A DNA stretch of 64,000 nucleotides from Minisyncoccia bacterium. Its GTDB lineage: Bacteria > Patescibacteriota > Minisyncoccia > SW-4-49-11. Position 1 is the stretch's first letter. The number at the start of each line of letters is the position of its first letter. The stretch lies in contig JBIIRM010000003.1 in assembly GCA_044341565.1 (NCBI GenBank), positions 45,187 through 109,186 of the forward strand, in the 5' to 3' direction. Shown piece by piece: positions 18,762-29,123 of the stretch. The notes below the pieces were generated by a model. It ran no database searches. It was not told where the DNA came from and was given only the letters and a program-made list of their open reading frames with translations. The translations under genes were made by a program, and so were the position numbers.

Positions 18762-19049
18762 ATGTTGGAATTATATCAAAGAGAAGAATGTCCTTTTTGC
18801 CGTAAGGTAAGAGTAGTACTTAATGAATTGGAATTAGATTATATATGTAGAATTTCTCATACAGGATCTCAGCAAAGAGAAATTATGTTGAAATTGGGAG
18901 GACAACCTCAAGTACCCTTTCTAGTGGATCAATCTAAAGGTATTATGATGTATGAATCTGATGCTATTGTGGAATATCTTCAGAAAACGTATGGTAAATC
19001 ACCTCAAAATGAAACTAATAATAATCCAAAAGTATGTCCGATAGAATAA
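18762..19049 (+). CDS. glutaredoxin / GST N-terminal domain protein
   Basis: MLELYQ..ECPFC.KVR, QVPFLVD, MYES.AIV.YL. Confidence 0.85.
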   Translation: MLELYQREECPFCRKVRVVLNELELDYICRISHTGSQQREIMLKLGGQPQVPFLVDQSKGIMMYESDAIVEYLQKTYGKSPQNETNNNPKVCPIE

Positions 19050-19576
19050 ATCTATCTCCTACAGAAACACCCAAAGCCTCCAATAAACGTTGGATACGCA
19101 ATGGCATTGCAATTGTATTAGTAATAATTGTCACTACTATATTTACTATTTTTAGTCCTACAACTGAGATTATTAAACATAGTCTTAGTGCTGAAGGTTG
19201 TAGTGAAACCGAAGCGATAGGAGCAAAATGTATATTCAAATCAGGAGAAAAAGAATTGACATTGCGAGAATGTACTACAGATAAACCTTGTGATAAATCA
19301 GAGTATATGTTAGGGAAAAAAGATAAGAATACGCAATATGTTATTGTGAAATCTCAAGTTTTTGGTGAGTCTATACAAATACTTTCAATTGATGTTGAAG
19401 CTATGAGTCAATCTGAAATTGGTAATGCTTTTTATACTGAGGTGAGTGAAGAATGTAAATCCAAGGATACCTATGAGGAAAAATGTTTTAGCTTTCCCGT
19501 AAATGAAGAGCAGAGAAAAGATATTGCTGAACAGAATAAAAAATATAATACTTTGCTAAAAGATTATAGTAAATAA
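19034..19576 (+). CDS. membrane-anchored Cys-containing hypothetical protein
   Basis: Single N-terminal TM, six Cys. Confidence 0.65.
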   Translation: MSDRINLSPTETPKASNKRWIRNGIAIVLVIIVTTIFTIFSPTTEIIKHSLSAEGCSETEAIGAKCIFKSGEKELTLRECTTDKPCDKSEYMLGKKDKNTQYVIVKSQVFGESIQILSIDVEAMSQSEIGNAFYTEVSEECKSKDTYEEKCFSFPVNEEQRKDIAEQNKKYNTLLKDYSK

Positions 19577-19578
19577 AT

Positions 19579-20478
19579 TTATTTCTTCTTTATCTCATGC
19601 CCACCAAATTCATTGCGAAGGGCAGCGAGAGTTTTACCCGCAAAGGATTCTTCTTGTCGGGAACGGAAGCGAGTATATACCGCATCAGTAATGATGGGTA
19701 GGGGTACGGCATGTTCTATAGCAGTATTAACTGTCCAGCGTCCCATACCATTATCATCTACATAATCGGTAAGAGCGTCTAAATTTGTATCTTTTTGGAA
19801 AGCGTCATAAGCTAAGTCCATTAGGAATGAGCGAATAATAGAACCATTTTTCCAAACCTTGGATACTTCTTGCATATTGAGATTAGAATAAGGTCCTTCT
19901 TTAACAAGTTCAAATCCTTCAGCCATGGCCTGCATAATTCCATATTCAATTCCATTATGCACCATTTTTACAAAATGACCTGAGCCCGAGGCTCCCATAT
20001 AGGCATAGGCATCAGGAGCTGCAAGAGCTTCCCATAGAGGATTATAGGATTCTATAAGTGATTTATTACCACCTATCATTAAAGAAAATCCAATTTCCTC
20101 ACCTTTGAGGCCTCCACTGGTTCCAACGTCAATAAAATGAATAGATTTAGACTCGAGTAACTCGGCTTGAATTTGGGAATCTTTAAAATAACTATTTCCT
20201 CCATCAATTATAGTGTCTCCAGGGGCAAGAATTTCGGATAGCGTAATAATAGTGGAGCGGGTAATTTCACCGGCTGGGACCATAAGCCAAATAGTACGAG
20301 GAGTAGGTAAATGTGATATGAGATCGGCTACTGACTCATAGGTAGTGACTCCAAAAGTGTTAGCTAAATTACGAGTTTCCTCTGAGGGTGCAAATCCAGA
20401 TACGGTATGATTATGCTGTATAGCTCTCTTGGCTATAGCAAGTCCCATTTTCCCGAGCCCAATAATTCCAATATTCAT
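19579..20478 (-). CDS. gnd: 6-phosphogluconate dehydrogenase (short type)
   Basis: GLGKMG, IDGGNS, DVGTSGG, GHFVKMVHNGIEYG. Confidence 0.93.
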   Translation of the reverse strand: MNIGIIGLGKMGLAIAKRAIQHNHTVSGFAPSEETRNLANTFGVTTYESVADLISHLPTPRTIWLMVPAGEITRSTIITLSEILAPGDTIIDGGNSYFKDSQIQAELLESKSIHFIDVGTSGGLKGEEIGFSLMIGGNKSLIESYNPLWEALAAPDAYAYMGASGSGHFVKMVHNGIEYGIMQAMAEGFELVKEGPYSNLNMQEVSKVWKNGSIIRSFLMDLAYDAFQKDTNLDALTDYVDDNGMGRWTVNTAIEHAVPLPIITDAVYTRFRSRQEESFAGKTLAALRNEFGGHEIKKK

Positions 20479-20517
20479 ATATGTTATAATTTAAATATAA
20501 TAATAGTATAGCATGAT

Positions 20518-21108
20518 ATGAAAATAATTTTGACGGGAGCACATGGTACGGGTAAAAGCACTTTATTGGAGCATTTAAGAGAATATTATCAGTTAAATAC
20601 TCTCAAAAGAACAGTGAGGAATTTTTGGGAGGATAATGGTGTAGTTGATTTTGAAAAATTACCGAGTGATGTACGGGCTATATTCCAAAAGCATTTATTA
20701 TTAAATCAATTAGATAAAGAAAATGATTTGTGGGAAGGGGGATTTATTACTGATAGATCAGTACTCGATTATCTTGGGTATACGGTGGTATCAAGTACTA
20801 TGTCTGATATTGATTTAGAGTTATATAAAGCTCTCATTCGAGAGAGATTATTGCAATATGATTATATTATTTATTGTCCGGTAGAATTCCCAGCAGAGGC
20901 AGAATATTTGAGGGCCGATCCCAAATCACAAATACAAGTTGCAGATGTATTAGAAGAGCATTTAGCTTTATGGCTAAAACCAGAACAATATTGTATTGCA
21001 AGAGGTAGTGTCGAAGAGAGGCTAGAGCAAATTAAGCAATTTATTGGGACTCCAAATATCTCTGTAGACTATATTTCCAATGAGGAATCGGAGAATTTAC
21101 TATGGTAG
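20518..21108 (+). CDS. P-loop kinase/ATPase (AAA_28, NadR-like)
   Basis: TGAHGTGKST, ITDRSVLDY. Confidence 0.75.
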   Translation: MKIILTGAHGTGKSTLLEHLREYYQLNTLKRTVRNFWEDNGVVDFEKLPSDVRAIFQKHLLLNQLDKENDLWEGGFITDRSVLDYLGYTVVSSTMSDIDLELYKALIRERLLQYDYIIYCPVEFPAEAEYLRADPKSQIQVADVLEEHLALWLKPEQYCIARGSVEERLEQIKQFIGTPNISVDYISNEESENLLW

Positions 21109-21877
21109 TAATGCGTCTTTTATCGAGTACAGAATAATAGGGTCTTTGAGCAGGAGTAGGATAATCTGTGGTTGGAATTGGTATTATTTGGCATTCAATA
21201 TGTTGTAGGTTTACAATTTCATAAGCAAAATCATACCAAGATGCCACACCTTGATTAGAATAATGTAAAATTTGTTTTGTCCCAGATGGGAGTTTGGGTA
21301 ATAATTCAAGAATAGCTTTAGCTAAATCAGGAGCATAAGTTGGGCTTCCAATTTGATCTGAAACTATATTGAGTATATCTCGCTCTTGGGCAAGGCGGGT
21401 GATTGACTTTACAAAATTATTGCCATAAGGAGAATATAGCCAAGAAGTTCGAATAATATATGCTGAATGCGCAAGTTCTATAATAGCCTTCTCACCCTCT
21501 AATTTGGATTTACCATATATGGAAAGGGGATTAGTATTATCATCTTCTGTATAGGGAATATGATTTGTCCCATCGAATACATAATCAGTGGAAATATGTA
21601 TAAGGGGAATTGTGAATTGCTGACTAATAAGGGCAAGATTATGAGCTCCCTCACTATTTACTTGATAGGCAATTTCAATTTCTTGCTCGGCTTTATCTAC
21701 TGTGGTATAGGCGGCCGCATTGATAATAGAATTAATAAAATTTTTCTCTACAAAATCTTGTAGAGCTGATATATTAGTAATATCTAATTCACGACCTTTG
21801 AATATAGCTTGCTCGTCAGTGAGAATAGCTCTTAGACATTGTCCCAATTGCCCATTGGCTCCTGTTACCAATATCAT
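21041..21877 (-). CDS. rfbD: dTDP-4-dehydrorhamnose reductase
   Basis: GANGQLG, HISTDYVFDG, YGKSK, DQIGSPT. Confidence 0.93.
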   Translation of the reverse strand: MILVTGANGQLGQCLRAILTDEQAIFKGRELDITNISALQDFVEKNFINSIINAAAYTTVDKAEQEIEIAYQVNSEGAHNLALISQQFTIPLIHISTDYVFDGTNHIPYTEDDNTNPLSIYGKSKLEGEKAIIELAHSAYIIRTSWLYSPYGNNFVKSITRLAQERDILNIVSDQIGSPTYAPDLAKAILELLPKLPSGTKQILHYSNQGVASWYDFAYEIVNLQHIECQIIPIPTTDYPTPAQRPYYSVLDKRRITTIVNSPIPHWKYSLQRYLESQ

Positions 21878-22422
21878 AGCTTTCCTAAATATTCTTCTAA
21901 ACTCGGCCATTGCAAATCTCTATCGGCAACTATTTGTTTATCTTGTGGAATTTGCCAGTCGATATTAAGCGTGGAATCAGAAAAAATAATTCCTCCTTCA
22001 GCTTCTTTATTATAATTATTATCGCATTTATAGGCAAAAATTGCTGTCTCAGACAATACGGCAAATCCATGAGCAAAACCTCGAGGAATAAGTAATTGTC
22101 TAAAGTTTTTGTCAGATAATTCTACAGCTATATATTGCCCCCGAGTTGGGGAGTTGGGTCTTAAATCTACTGCTACATCGAGTACAATTCCCGATACAGC
22201 TCTTACTAATTTAGCTTGTGCTGATTCTCCTGTTTGAAAATGTAATCCCCGAATAGTGCCATATTGAGAGAATGACTGATTGTCTTGTACAAAACTATAA
22301 TTTAGATTTTTATCTGCAAACTTTATCTGACTATATGTTTCTACAAAATATCCTCGTGTATCTGTGAAAACCTGAGGTTCTATAATAAGTAAATCTGGAA
22401 TTGAGGTTGATATAATATTCAT
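21874..22422 (-). CDS. rfbC: dTDP-4-dehydrorhamnose 3,5-epimerase
   Basis: D.RGYF.E, RGLHFQ, GFAHGF. Confidence 0.93.
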   Translation of the reverse strand: MNIISTSIPDLLIIEPQVFTDTRGYFVETYSQIKFADKNLNYSFVQDNQSFSQYGTIRGLHFQTGESAQAKLVRAVSGIVLDVAVDLRPNSPTRGQYIAVELSDKNFRQLLIPRGFAHGFAVLSETAIFAYKCDNNYNKEAEGGIIFSDSTLNIDWQIPQDKQIVADRDLQWPSLEEYLGKL

Positions 22423-22517
22423 ATATATAAGTATATCATAAAGTAGTTTAAATGGCATTAATATTAATATAAGTTAGTTGCTCTTGACAATTTAAATAAA
22501 AAGAGTATAATTATGAG

Positions 22518-22745
22518 CGTTGTTCATTCGAGAACTGTTTTGACCAGTGATGCTTGGGACTTGATCACAACCCGCAAGGGTGATTCCCTCTCGGTACCTC
22601 GGAGACCAACTACCTGCACAGAGACGGGAGACTCCTGTCTCTGTGGGCCGGGGGAATGCCGATTCCTCAACCCTCTCCCACCACATCCTGTGGAGTCGGT
22701 GGAGGTGCTCTTCACGGTTGGTCGCTAGTAGGCCAATTCTCACAA
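22518..22745 (+). ncRNA. candidate structured ncRNA (~220 nt)
   Basis: TTGACA(22484)-16-TATAAT(22506); end-to-end pairing, CCC-GCAA-GGG, 13-bp hairpin at 22617-22645; terminator at 22751-22786. Confidence 0.55.
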
Positions 22746-22811
22746 AATCAAAAAGAGAGTCACCCACATTTGGGTTGACTCTTTTCATTTTATTAACAAT
22801 AAAAAAAGCCC

Positions 22812-22925
22812 TCAATGCAGGGGCTTACATTTGCATGCTGCGTCTGAATCCCTTATTATAGACATCGGAAAATAATATATTTTTCCCTTGAAGTTAAGGT
22901 GGGTTTCAATTTTTCGCAGCCCCAT
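22812..22925 (-). CDS. possible 37-aa peptide (MGLRKIETHLNFKGKIYYFP...)
   Basis: Short ORF running into terminator at 22801-22825; promoter weak. Confidence 0.3.
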   Translation of the reverse strand: MGLRKIETHLNFKGKIYYFPMSIIRDSDAACKCKPLH

Positions 22926-23019
22926 TCTGAAGGCTTTATACCAGTATATAGTATTTTAGGTGAATTGAAAAGGAAGTAATTTTATGCTATGATAAATGCA
23001 ATGATTAATCAATTTTGTT

Positions 23020-25905
23020 ATGTTTAATAAACCTCCCTTTAATGTTTCTTTTCCTGATTTGGAAAAAGATATACTTGAGTTTTGGAAAATTGAGAATATT
23101 CTACAAAAATCTATAGAGTTACGGCCCGCAGATAAGACCAAAACATTTTATGATGGGCCTATTACGGCCAATGGGGAGCCTCATTCAGGACATATGCTTA
23201 CTTTTGCATTGAAGGATATTATGCCTCGTTATTGGACTATGAAAGGATATAGAGTTACTCGTAGTCTTGGTTGGGACTGTCAGGGTATTCCAGTTGAATA
23301 TGAGATTGAAAAGAAGCTTGGATTTCAACAAAAAAAGGATATAGAAGAATATGGAATAGCCAAATTTAATCAATTATGTCGTGAATCGGTATCTACTCAT
23401 CGTGAGGGTATTATTGAATTAGAAGAAAAATTAGGAAGACTTACCAATTCGGATGAAGAATATGCTACTATGGATGCTGATTATATTGAATCAGTATGGT
23501 GGAGTTTATCAGAATTATATCGCAAGGGGCTTTTGTATGAAGGGTTCAAAGTAGTGCCGTATTCTACTCGGGCAGGGACAACACTTTCTAATGCTGAGGT
23601 GGCTCTGGGAGGGTATAAAAAACAAATTGACCCAGCTGTTACGATTAAATTTGAGCTTATAGATAAGCCCAATACTTTTGTATTAGCTTGGACTACTACT
23701 CCTTGGACTTTACCTACTAATTTTGCTTTAGCTGTAGGTAAGGATATTGATTATATTGAAGTTAGCATACTGAATACAGAAGAGCATTATATTGTGGCTC
23801 GGGATTTAGCCGAGAATATATTTGGTACGGATTATACCGTAGTGGAAGAATATAAGGGTTCGGATTTGATTGGAAAATCTTATAAACCTTTATTTGATTT
23901 TTTTGAGGGAAAAGAACATTCTTTTGTCATTTATGATGGCGCCCATGTTACGACAGAATCTGGTACTGGTATTGTACATCTTGCTCCTTATGGTGCTGAG
24001 GACAATGAAATTTTCCAGCAAGTAGGAATTCTATCGGTAGATGTGATTAATGATCAAGGTGATTTTATTGATGAAATTAAGCCTTATGCAGGGATGTTTT
24101 ATCGTAAAGCTAACAAATATATTATTGAGGATTTGAGAACAGCAAATAAGCTTTATAAAGTGGAGTATTATGAGCATGATTTGCCTATGTGTTGGCGTAC
24201 GAATACTCCTTTGATTTATAAGCCTATTACTTCTTGGTATATAGCAATGAGTACTTTGCGTGATAGATTAGCAGAGAATAATAATGCTATTGGCTGGATT
24301 CCTGATCATATTAAAGAGGGGAGATTTGGTAATTGGCTTAGAGAAATCAAAGATTGGGGGATTTCTCGGACACGATATTGGGGTACTCCACTTCCAATAT
24401 GGAAATCTGAATCAGGTAAGACGAAAATTATTGGTTCATTTACTGAATTAAAAGAATTATCTGGAATTGAGTTGGATGATCCTCATAGACCTTTTGTAGA
24501 TGATATATCATTTACCTTTGAGGGAGAGACATATAACAGAATTCCTGATGTATTAGATGTTTGGTATGATTCAGGGTCTATGCCTTTTGCTCGATTTCAT
24601 TATCCTTTTGAAAATAAAGAATTATTTGACTCTAAATTCCCAGCAGAATATATCGCTGAAGGGGTGGATCAGACTAGAGGTTGGTTTTATTCTCTTCTTG
24701 CTCTCTCTACCGCATTATTTGATCAGCCAAGCTATCGCAATGTGATTGTAAATGGATTAGTTTTAGCTGATGATGGACAAAAATTATCTAAGAGTAAGAA
24801 AAATTATACTAATCCAATTGAGCTTATTGATCAATTTGGAGCTGATGCTGTGAGACTTAACTTTTTCTCTACTCCAATCTCAGCAGGAGAAGATACTATT
24901 ATTTCAGGGAAGACAGTCAAACTTATGACTCAAGAATATATATTGCCTCTATGGAATATATATAGTTTTCTCGTTACCTATGCTAATGTGAGTGATTGGA
25001 CTCCTGCTTCTCAATCTAAAAAACCCAAAAACCCTAAAAATGAATGGTTATATACCAGGCTTAATTATACTATTCAAGAGGTGAATATGTCTCTAGATAA
25101 TTATCGTATACCTCAGGCTACTCGTGAGATTAAAGCTTGTATGGATGATATGTCTAAATGGTATATTCGTACAGCTCGTAATGATTTTGCAAGCGGAGAT
25201 ATTGAATTCTTACAAACTTTATATGATAATTTTGTAAGATTATTGCACCTCTTAGCACCATTTGCTCCATTTATTACGGAATATCTCTATCAGCAATTAG
25301 TGGTATCACAAAATTTTGAGGCGAGTCAGTCAATTCATTTGAGTCAATATCCAGAATATGAGGGTGAAATTGATGAGTTGGTATTGAATCAAGTAGAGCA
25401 GGTAAAAGTTATTCTGGAGCAAGGATTTAAGCTTCGAGAAGTATCGAGTATCAAGGTAAGGCAGCCGTTACAATCACTCGGAGTAGAGGGATTAGAACTT
25501 ACTGATTGGATGCAAGATATTATCAAGACAGAAATTAATGTAAAAGAAGTTGTAACTCATAAAGTTTCAGATAATAGTATTGAACATTTAGGATATATAT
25601 TAAGTCTGGATGATATTATTACAGATGAGCTAAGAGAAGAGGGATTGGTGCGAGAATTAATTCGTAATCTTCAAATTACTCGTAAGAATACTCGTCTTTC
25701 TAAGGAACAGAATATTAAGCTCACCGTAGATGCCTCGGATACAATTGTTAATCTTATCAAATCACATCAGGCAATTATTAGTGAGCCTGTAGGTGTGGTG
25801 GAATGGGAATTTAAGTCTCTATCGGAACAAGAAAATACGCAAAAAGTAAAAGTAGAACAAGAGGAATTTTTGATTTATATCACCGTACTTGAGGAGACAA
25901 AATAG
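23020..25905 (+). CDS. ileS: isoleucine--tRNA ligase (type 2)
   Basis: YDGPITANGEPHSGH, WTTTPWTLP, DWGISRTRYWGTP, EGVDQTRGWF, KLSKS. Confidence 0.93.
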   Translation: MFNKPPFNVSFPDLEKDILEFWKIENILQKSIELRPADKTKTFYDGPITANGEPHSGHMLTFALKDIMPRYWTMKGYRVTRSLGWDCQGIPVEYEIEKKLGFQQKKDIEEYGIAKFNQLCRESVSTHREGIIELEEKLGRLTNSDEEYATMDADYIESVWWSLSELYRKGLLYEGFKVVPYSTRAGTTLSNAEVALGGYKKQIDPAVTIKFELIDKPNTFVLAWTTTPWTLPTNFALAVGKDIDYIEVSILNTEEHYIVARDLAENIFGTDYTVVEEYKGSDLIGKSYKPLFDFFEGKEHSFVIYDGAHVTTESGTGIVHLAPYGAEDNEIFQQVGILSVDVINDQGDFIDEIKPYAGMFYRKANKYIIEDLRTANKLYKVEYYEHDLPMCWRTNTPLIYKPITSWYIAMSTLRDRLAENNNAIGWIPDHIKEGRFGNWLREIKDWGISRTRYWGTPLPIWKSESGKTKIIGSFTELKELSGIELDDPHRPFVDDISFTFEGETYNRIPDVLDVWYDSGSMPFARFHYPFENKELFDSKFPAEYIAEGVDQTRGWFYSLLALSTALFDQPSYRNVIVNGLVLADDGQKLSKSKKNYTNPIELIDQFGADAVRLNFFSTPISAGEDTIISGKTVKLMTQEYILPLWNIYSFLVTYANVSDWTPASQSKKPKNPKNEWLYTRLNYTIQEVNMSLDNYRIPQATREIKACMDDMSKWYIRTARNDFASGDIEFLQTLYDNFVRLLHLLAPFAPFITEYLYQQLVVSQNFEASQSIHLSQYPEYEGEIDELVLNQVEQVKVILEQGFKLREVSSIKVRQPLQSLGVEGLELTDWMQDIIKTEINVKEVVTHKVSDNSIEHLGYILSLDDIITDELREEGLVRELIRNLQITRKNTRLSKEQNIKLTVDASDTIVNLIKSHQAIISEPVGVVEWEFKSLSEQENTQKVKVEQEEFLIYITVLEETK

Positions 25906-25908
25906 TCT

Positions 25909-26712
25909 ATGAAAATAACCAAAGAACAAGAATTTATACAGCTTGTTTGGGATTATTATTATCAGTATAAGCGGCCAATGCCTTGGCGGGATAATATTAA
26001 TCCTTATTGGGTAGTTGTTTCTGAGATTATGCTACAGCAAACTCAAGTGGCGAGAGTTCTTGAGAAATTCCCTGTATTTATAGAACAGTTTCCGAGTTTT
26101 AAAGTTTTGGCAGAATCTAGTCTTTTGGAAGTATTGCAAGCTTGGCAGGGATTGGGTTATAATCGGCGAGGTAAATATCTTTGGGAAATTGCCCAAAAAA
26201 TAATGCAGGAATATGATGGGGTTCTACCAGATAATCCTGATATATTAATTCATTTTCCTGGTATTGGTAAGGCCACAGCCGCTTCAATTATAGCCTTTGC
26301 TTATAATAAACCTACCATATTTATTGAAACAAATATTCGGCGAGTTTATATACATCATTTTTTCTCTGAAGCAGAGAATATTTCTGATAATGATTTACTC
26401 CCCTTTGTTGAGAGAACGGTTTCCAAAGATAATCCAAGAGAATGGTATTATGCTTTGATGGATTATGGAACTTATCTGAAAACTCAAATTAGTAATCCTA
26501 ATCGTAAAAGCAAACATTATACACGCCAAAGTGTATTTGAGGGTTCTAATAGACAAATACGCTCTCAAATTATAAAACTATTATTACAGGGATCAAAAAC
26601 TTTGTCAGAGATACAGGATATGATTTCAGATAGTAGGGTTGAGGATAATATAGAATCTTTAGTAAAAGAAGAATTAATAAAAAAGGAAAAAAATCAGTAT
26701 ATAATTCGTTAA
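25909..26712 (+). CDS. mutY: A/G-specific adenine glycosylase, short form without Fe-S Cys motif
   Basis: VSEIMLQQTQV, WQGLGYNRR, HhH PGIGKATA. Confidence 0.85.
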   Translation: MKITKEQEFIQLVWDYYYQYKRPMPWRDNINPYWVVVSEIMLQQTQVARVLEKFPVFIEQFPSFKVLAESSLLEVLQAWQGLGYNRRGKYLWEIAQKIMQEYDGVLPDNPDILIHFPGIGKATAASIIAFAYNKPTIFIETNIRRVYIHHFFSEAENISDNDLLPFVERTVSKDNPREWYYALMDYGTYLKTQISNPNRKSKHYTRQSVFEGSNRQIRSQIIKLLLQGSKTLSEIQDMISDSRVEDNIESLVKEELIKKEKNQYIIR

Positions 26713-26760
26713 ATAGTAACATTTATGCTATACTATATGTAATATAATGTAGTATAAAAT

Positions 26761-28029
26761 ATGCCGCAAAACCCTAAAAAAATTCTAATTCTTTCTTGGG
26801 AAATATTGCCTTTGATGGAAGGTGGATTAGGGGTATTGGTGCGAAGCTTAGTGGATGAATTACGCCGACAGGGGGCAGAGGTTACTATACTTACACCTCA
26901 CAATACTGATGATATTGAGGATGTTATTTCACTTGAATTGGGAGTGAGAAAATATAGTAAATCAGATACGCCTATTCCTGGACTCAAGGATTTTGTATTA
27001 AAAGAATTTATTCCAAAAGGGAAAAAGAAATATGTAAAATGGCCACAATTATATAGTGAATCAGTAGTAAAAAGAGCTACTCTGTATCCTAATCATACTC
27101 CTATTTCAACGAGAGCTTATGCCTATGCAGTTTATGATTGGCTACAAGAAAATGGACAAGATTTTGATGTAATATATGGTATGGATTGGATGGCTATACC
27201 AGCGCATTTACTTTTGGTACATCATAATATTACTATTCCATTTTATTATCATATTAATTCTACGGAAGTTGATCGCTCAGGTGGACATGTACATAATAAT
27301 GATCACACAGCAAGAGCTTTATATGAACTTGAGAAAAAGGGATTTTATTTGGCACAAAAAATTGCAGTAGTATCAGATATATCTAAACAAATATTAATTG
27401 AGGATTATAATATTCCTGAGGAGAGAATTTATCCTATATATAATGATATTAGTTTTGAACCTGAAAAAATTGGATTTGAGCATTTGGATCGCGGTAAAAA
27501 TGTATTATTTATGGGACGTGTTGTGGCACAGAAAGGATTATTCTTTTTGATTGAAACAGCGGCTCGGGTTCTTCAAATTGATTCTCAAGTTACTTTTATT
27601 ATTGCAGGGGATGGATCTACAGAAGGAAATCTTTTACCCGAAATTGTGGAGCATGTAGCAAAAAGAAAATTGGAGCGAAATATTGTATTTACAGGTTGGG
27701 TAAATAGTGAATCCAAAAAACAATTATATAAAACTAGCCAATTATTTGTTATGCCATCTCCTAATGAGCCATTTGGACTTACCGCCTTGGAGGCTATTCG
27801 CTCAGGTGTCCCTACTATTGCCTCAGAGACAAGCGGATTTATTAGTGTAGTGCCCTCAACTCCAACCTTTGCTTATTATGATATTGAAGCCTTTGCTAAT
27901 ACAATACTCCATTTTATTCAAAATAAAGATGCTCGAATTGATTTATTAAAAAGACAACAGGAAGATTTATCTCATCATAATTGGCCACAAGAAGTGAAAA
28001 AATTATTGAGTTTAATAGAAGCGGTATGA
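26761..28029 (+). CDS. GT4 glycosyltransferase (glycogen synthase-like)
   Basis: WE..P...GGLG, GRVVAQKG, EPFGLTALEA. Confidence 0.88.
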   Translation: MPQNPKKILILSWEILPLMEGGLGVLVRSLVDELRRQGAEVTILTPHNTDDIEDVISLELGVRKYSKSDTPIPGLKDFVLKEFIPKGKKKYVKWPQLYSESVVKRATLYPNHTPISTRAYAYAVYDWLQENGQDFDVIYGMDWMAIPAHLLLVHHNITIPFYYHINSTEVDRSGGHVHNNDHTARALYELEKKGFYLAQKIAVVSDISKQILIEDYNIPEERIYPIYNDISFEPEKIGFEHLDRGKNVLFMGRVVAQKGLFFLIETAARVLQIDSQVTFIIAGDGSTEGNLLPEIVEHVAKRKLERNIVFTGWVNSESKKQLYKTSQLFVMPSPNEPFGLTALEAIRSGVPTIASETSGFISVVPSTPTFAYYDIEAFANTILHFIQNKDARIDLLKRQQEDLSHHNWPQEVKKLLSLIEAV

Positions 28030-29117
28030 CAAAAGATATAAAAACACCAATTTTGCTCAAAGAGGAATATCCCGTAGTGATTTCTTTGTCTTTAATTTTT
28101 TCTTATACTTCTAAATCTTTAGTGGATATTTTGAAAAACCCAAAACTTCTTTTTGTAGATAAGAGGCGAAGTGATACTATTTGGGAAAAAGAATTCAATA
28201 CCATATATATTCCCTTATTTGAATTTCTGTATAAGCAAAATATTAAAGCTGCAGTAATTATTACAGGACATTTTCTTGATATTGCTGCTCGTAAATATCC
28301 AGTATTCTTAGATATTTTACAAAAAATGATTCAAAAAGATTTACTATATATTATTCCAGATGCCTATTGGGGAAGTAGTCATCTTAGTATGTATTATTTT
28401 GATTGGTGGAAAGATGAAATTGCAGGAACTATAGAGCGAATAAAAGAGTATTTAAACATTATACCAACTTCCGTATATGTGCCTTTACTGTATCGACAAT
28501 TACCATTAGAAAAATTATTAACAAGTTTTAGAATAGTAGATTTTGTGACCATAGTAGATGAACGTAAAGGAGGGATTTTGACTATGCCATTAAAATCATT
28601 TCGGCGTTTTCGAGGGGGGAGAGTAACTTGGATAAAAGAGGTGGAGAAAACAGATATTAATATTCATTGGTATCCTTATACCCATTATTTTGATTTGATG
28701 AATGTAAAAAATCATCAAACAATAGAATTGATGACAAAATCAATAGGACTTGAAATAGCACTTGCCTCAACCAAAGCTCAAATTGTGAAAAGTAAACCAA
28801 AAAAGAAGTCCTCTCTTCGTATACAAGAAGAGCGTAATTGGTCACGATATAGTAATCTTCAAAAAGGAGTATTTAGGCTATGGGAATATGCTACCTATAT
28901 GCTCGGAAAAGAACATGCAGAAATTGATACCATTGATGATGATCCCTTAATGCGAAATTTGTTTTATAGTATGAATAGAGATTTCTTTTATTATCTTGGA
29001 TATGATAATTATACCAAAAAACAACAAATTCCTTTTACTTCACCATATGAATCATTTATTCATATTCAGAATACCAATATACAATTAGAAATTTTATTTA
29101 ATCAGAGAGAAACATAG
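28026..29117 (+). CDS. divergent GH57-like (alpha-amylase-like) protein
   Basis: Y.PL, ITG.FL and C-terminal F.Y...SPYE.F resemble GH57; lies between GT4 and phosphorylase. Confidence 0.5.
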   Translation: MTKDIKTPILLKEEYPVVISLSLIFSYTSKSLVDILKNPKLLFVDKRRSDTIWEKEFNTIYIPLFEFLYKQNIKAAVIITGHFLDIAARKYPVFLDILQKMIQKDLLYIIPDAYWGSSHLSMYYFDWWKDEIAGTIERIKEYLNIIPTSVYVPLLYRQLPLEKLLTSFRIVDFVTIVDERKGGILTMPLKSFRRFRGGRVTWIKEVEKTDINIHWYPYTHYFDLMNVKNHQTIELMTKSIGLEIALASTKAQIVKSKPKKKSSLRIQEERNWSRYSNLQKGVFRLWEYATYMLGKEHAEIDTIDDDPLMRNLFYSMNRDFFYYLGYDNYTKKQQIPFTSPYESFIHIQNTNIQLEILFNQRET

Positions 29118-29123
29118 TATATA

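Noticed and set aside
21041-21108. 68-nt convergent overlap of rfbD and the AAA_28 gene
   Set aside because: Only terminal tails overlap, which is common in compact genomes
22484-23019. T-box leader for ileS
   Set aside because: No T-box consensus, intervening terminators, and ileS has its own extended -10 near 22983
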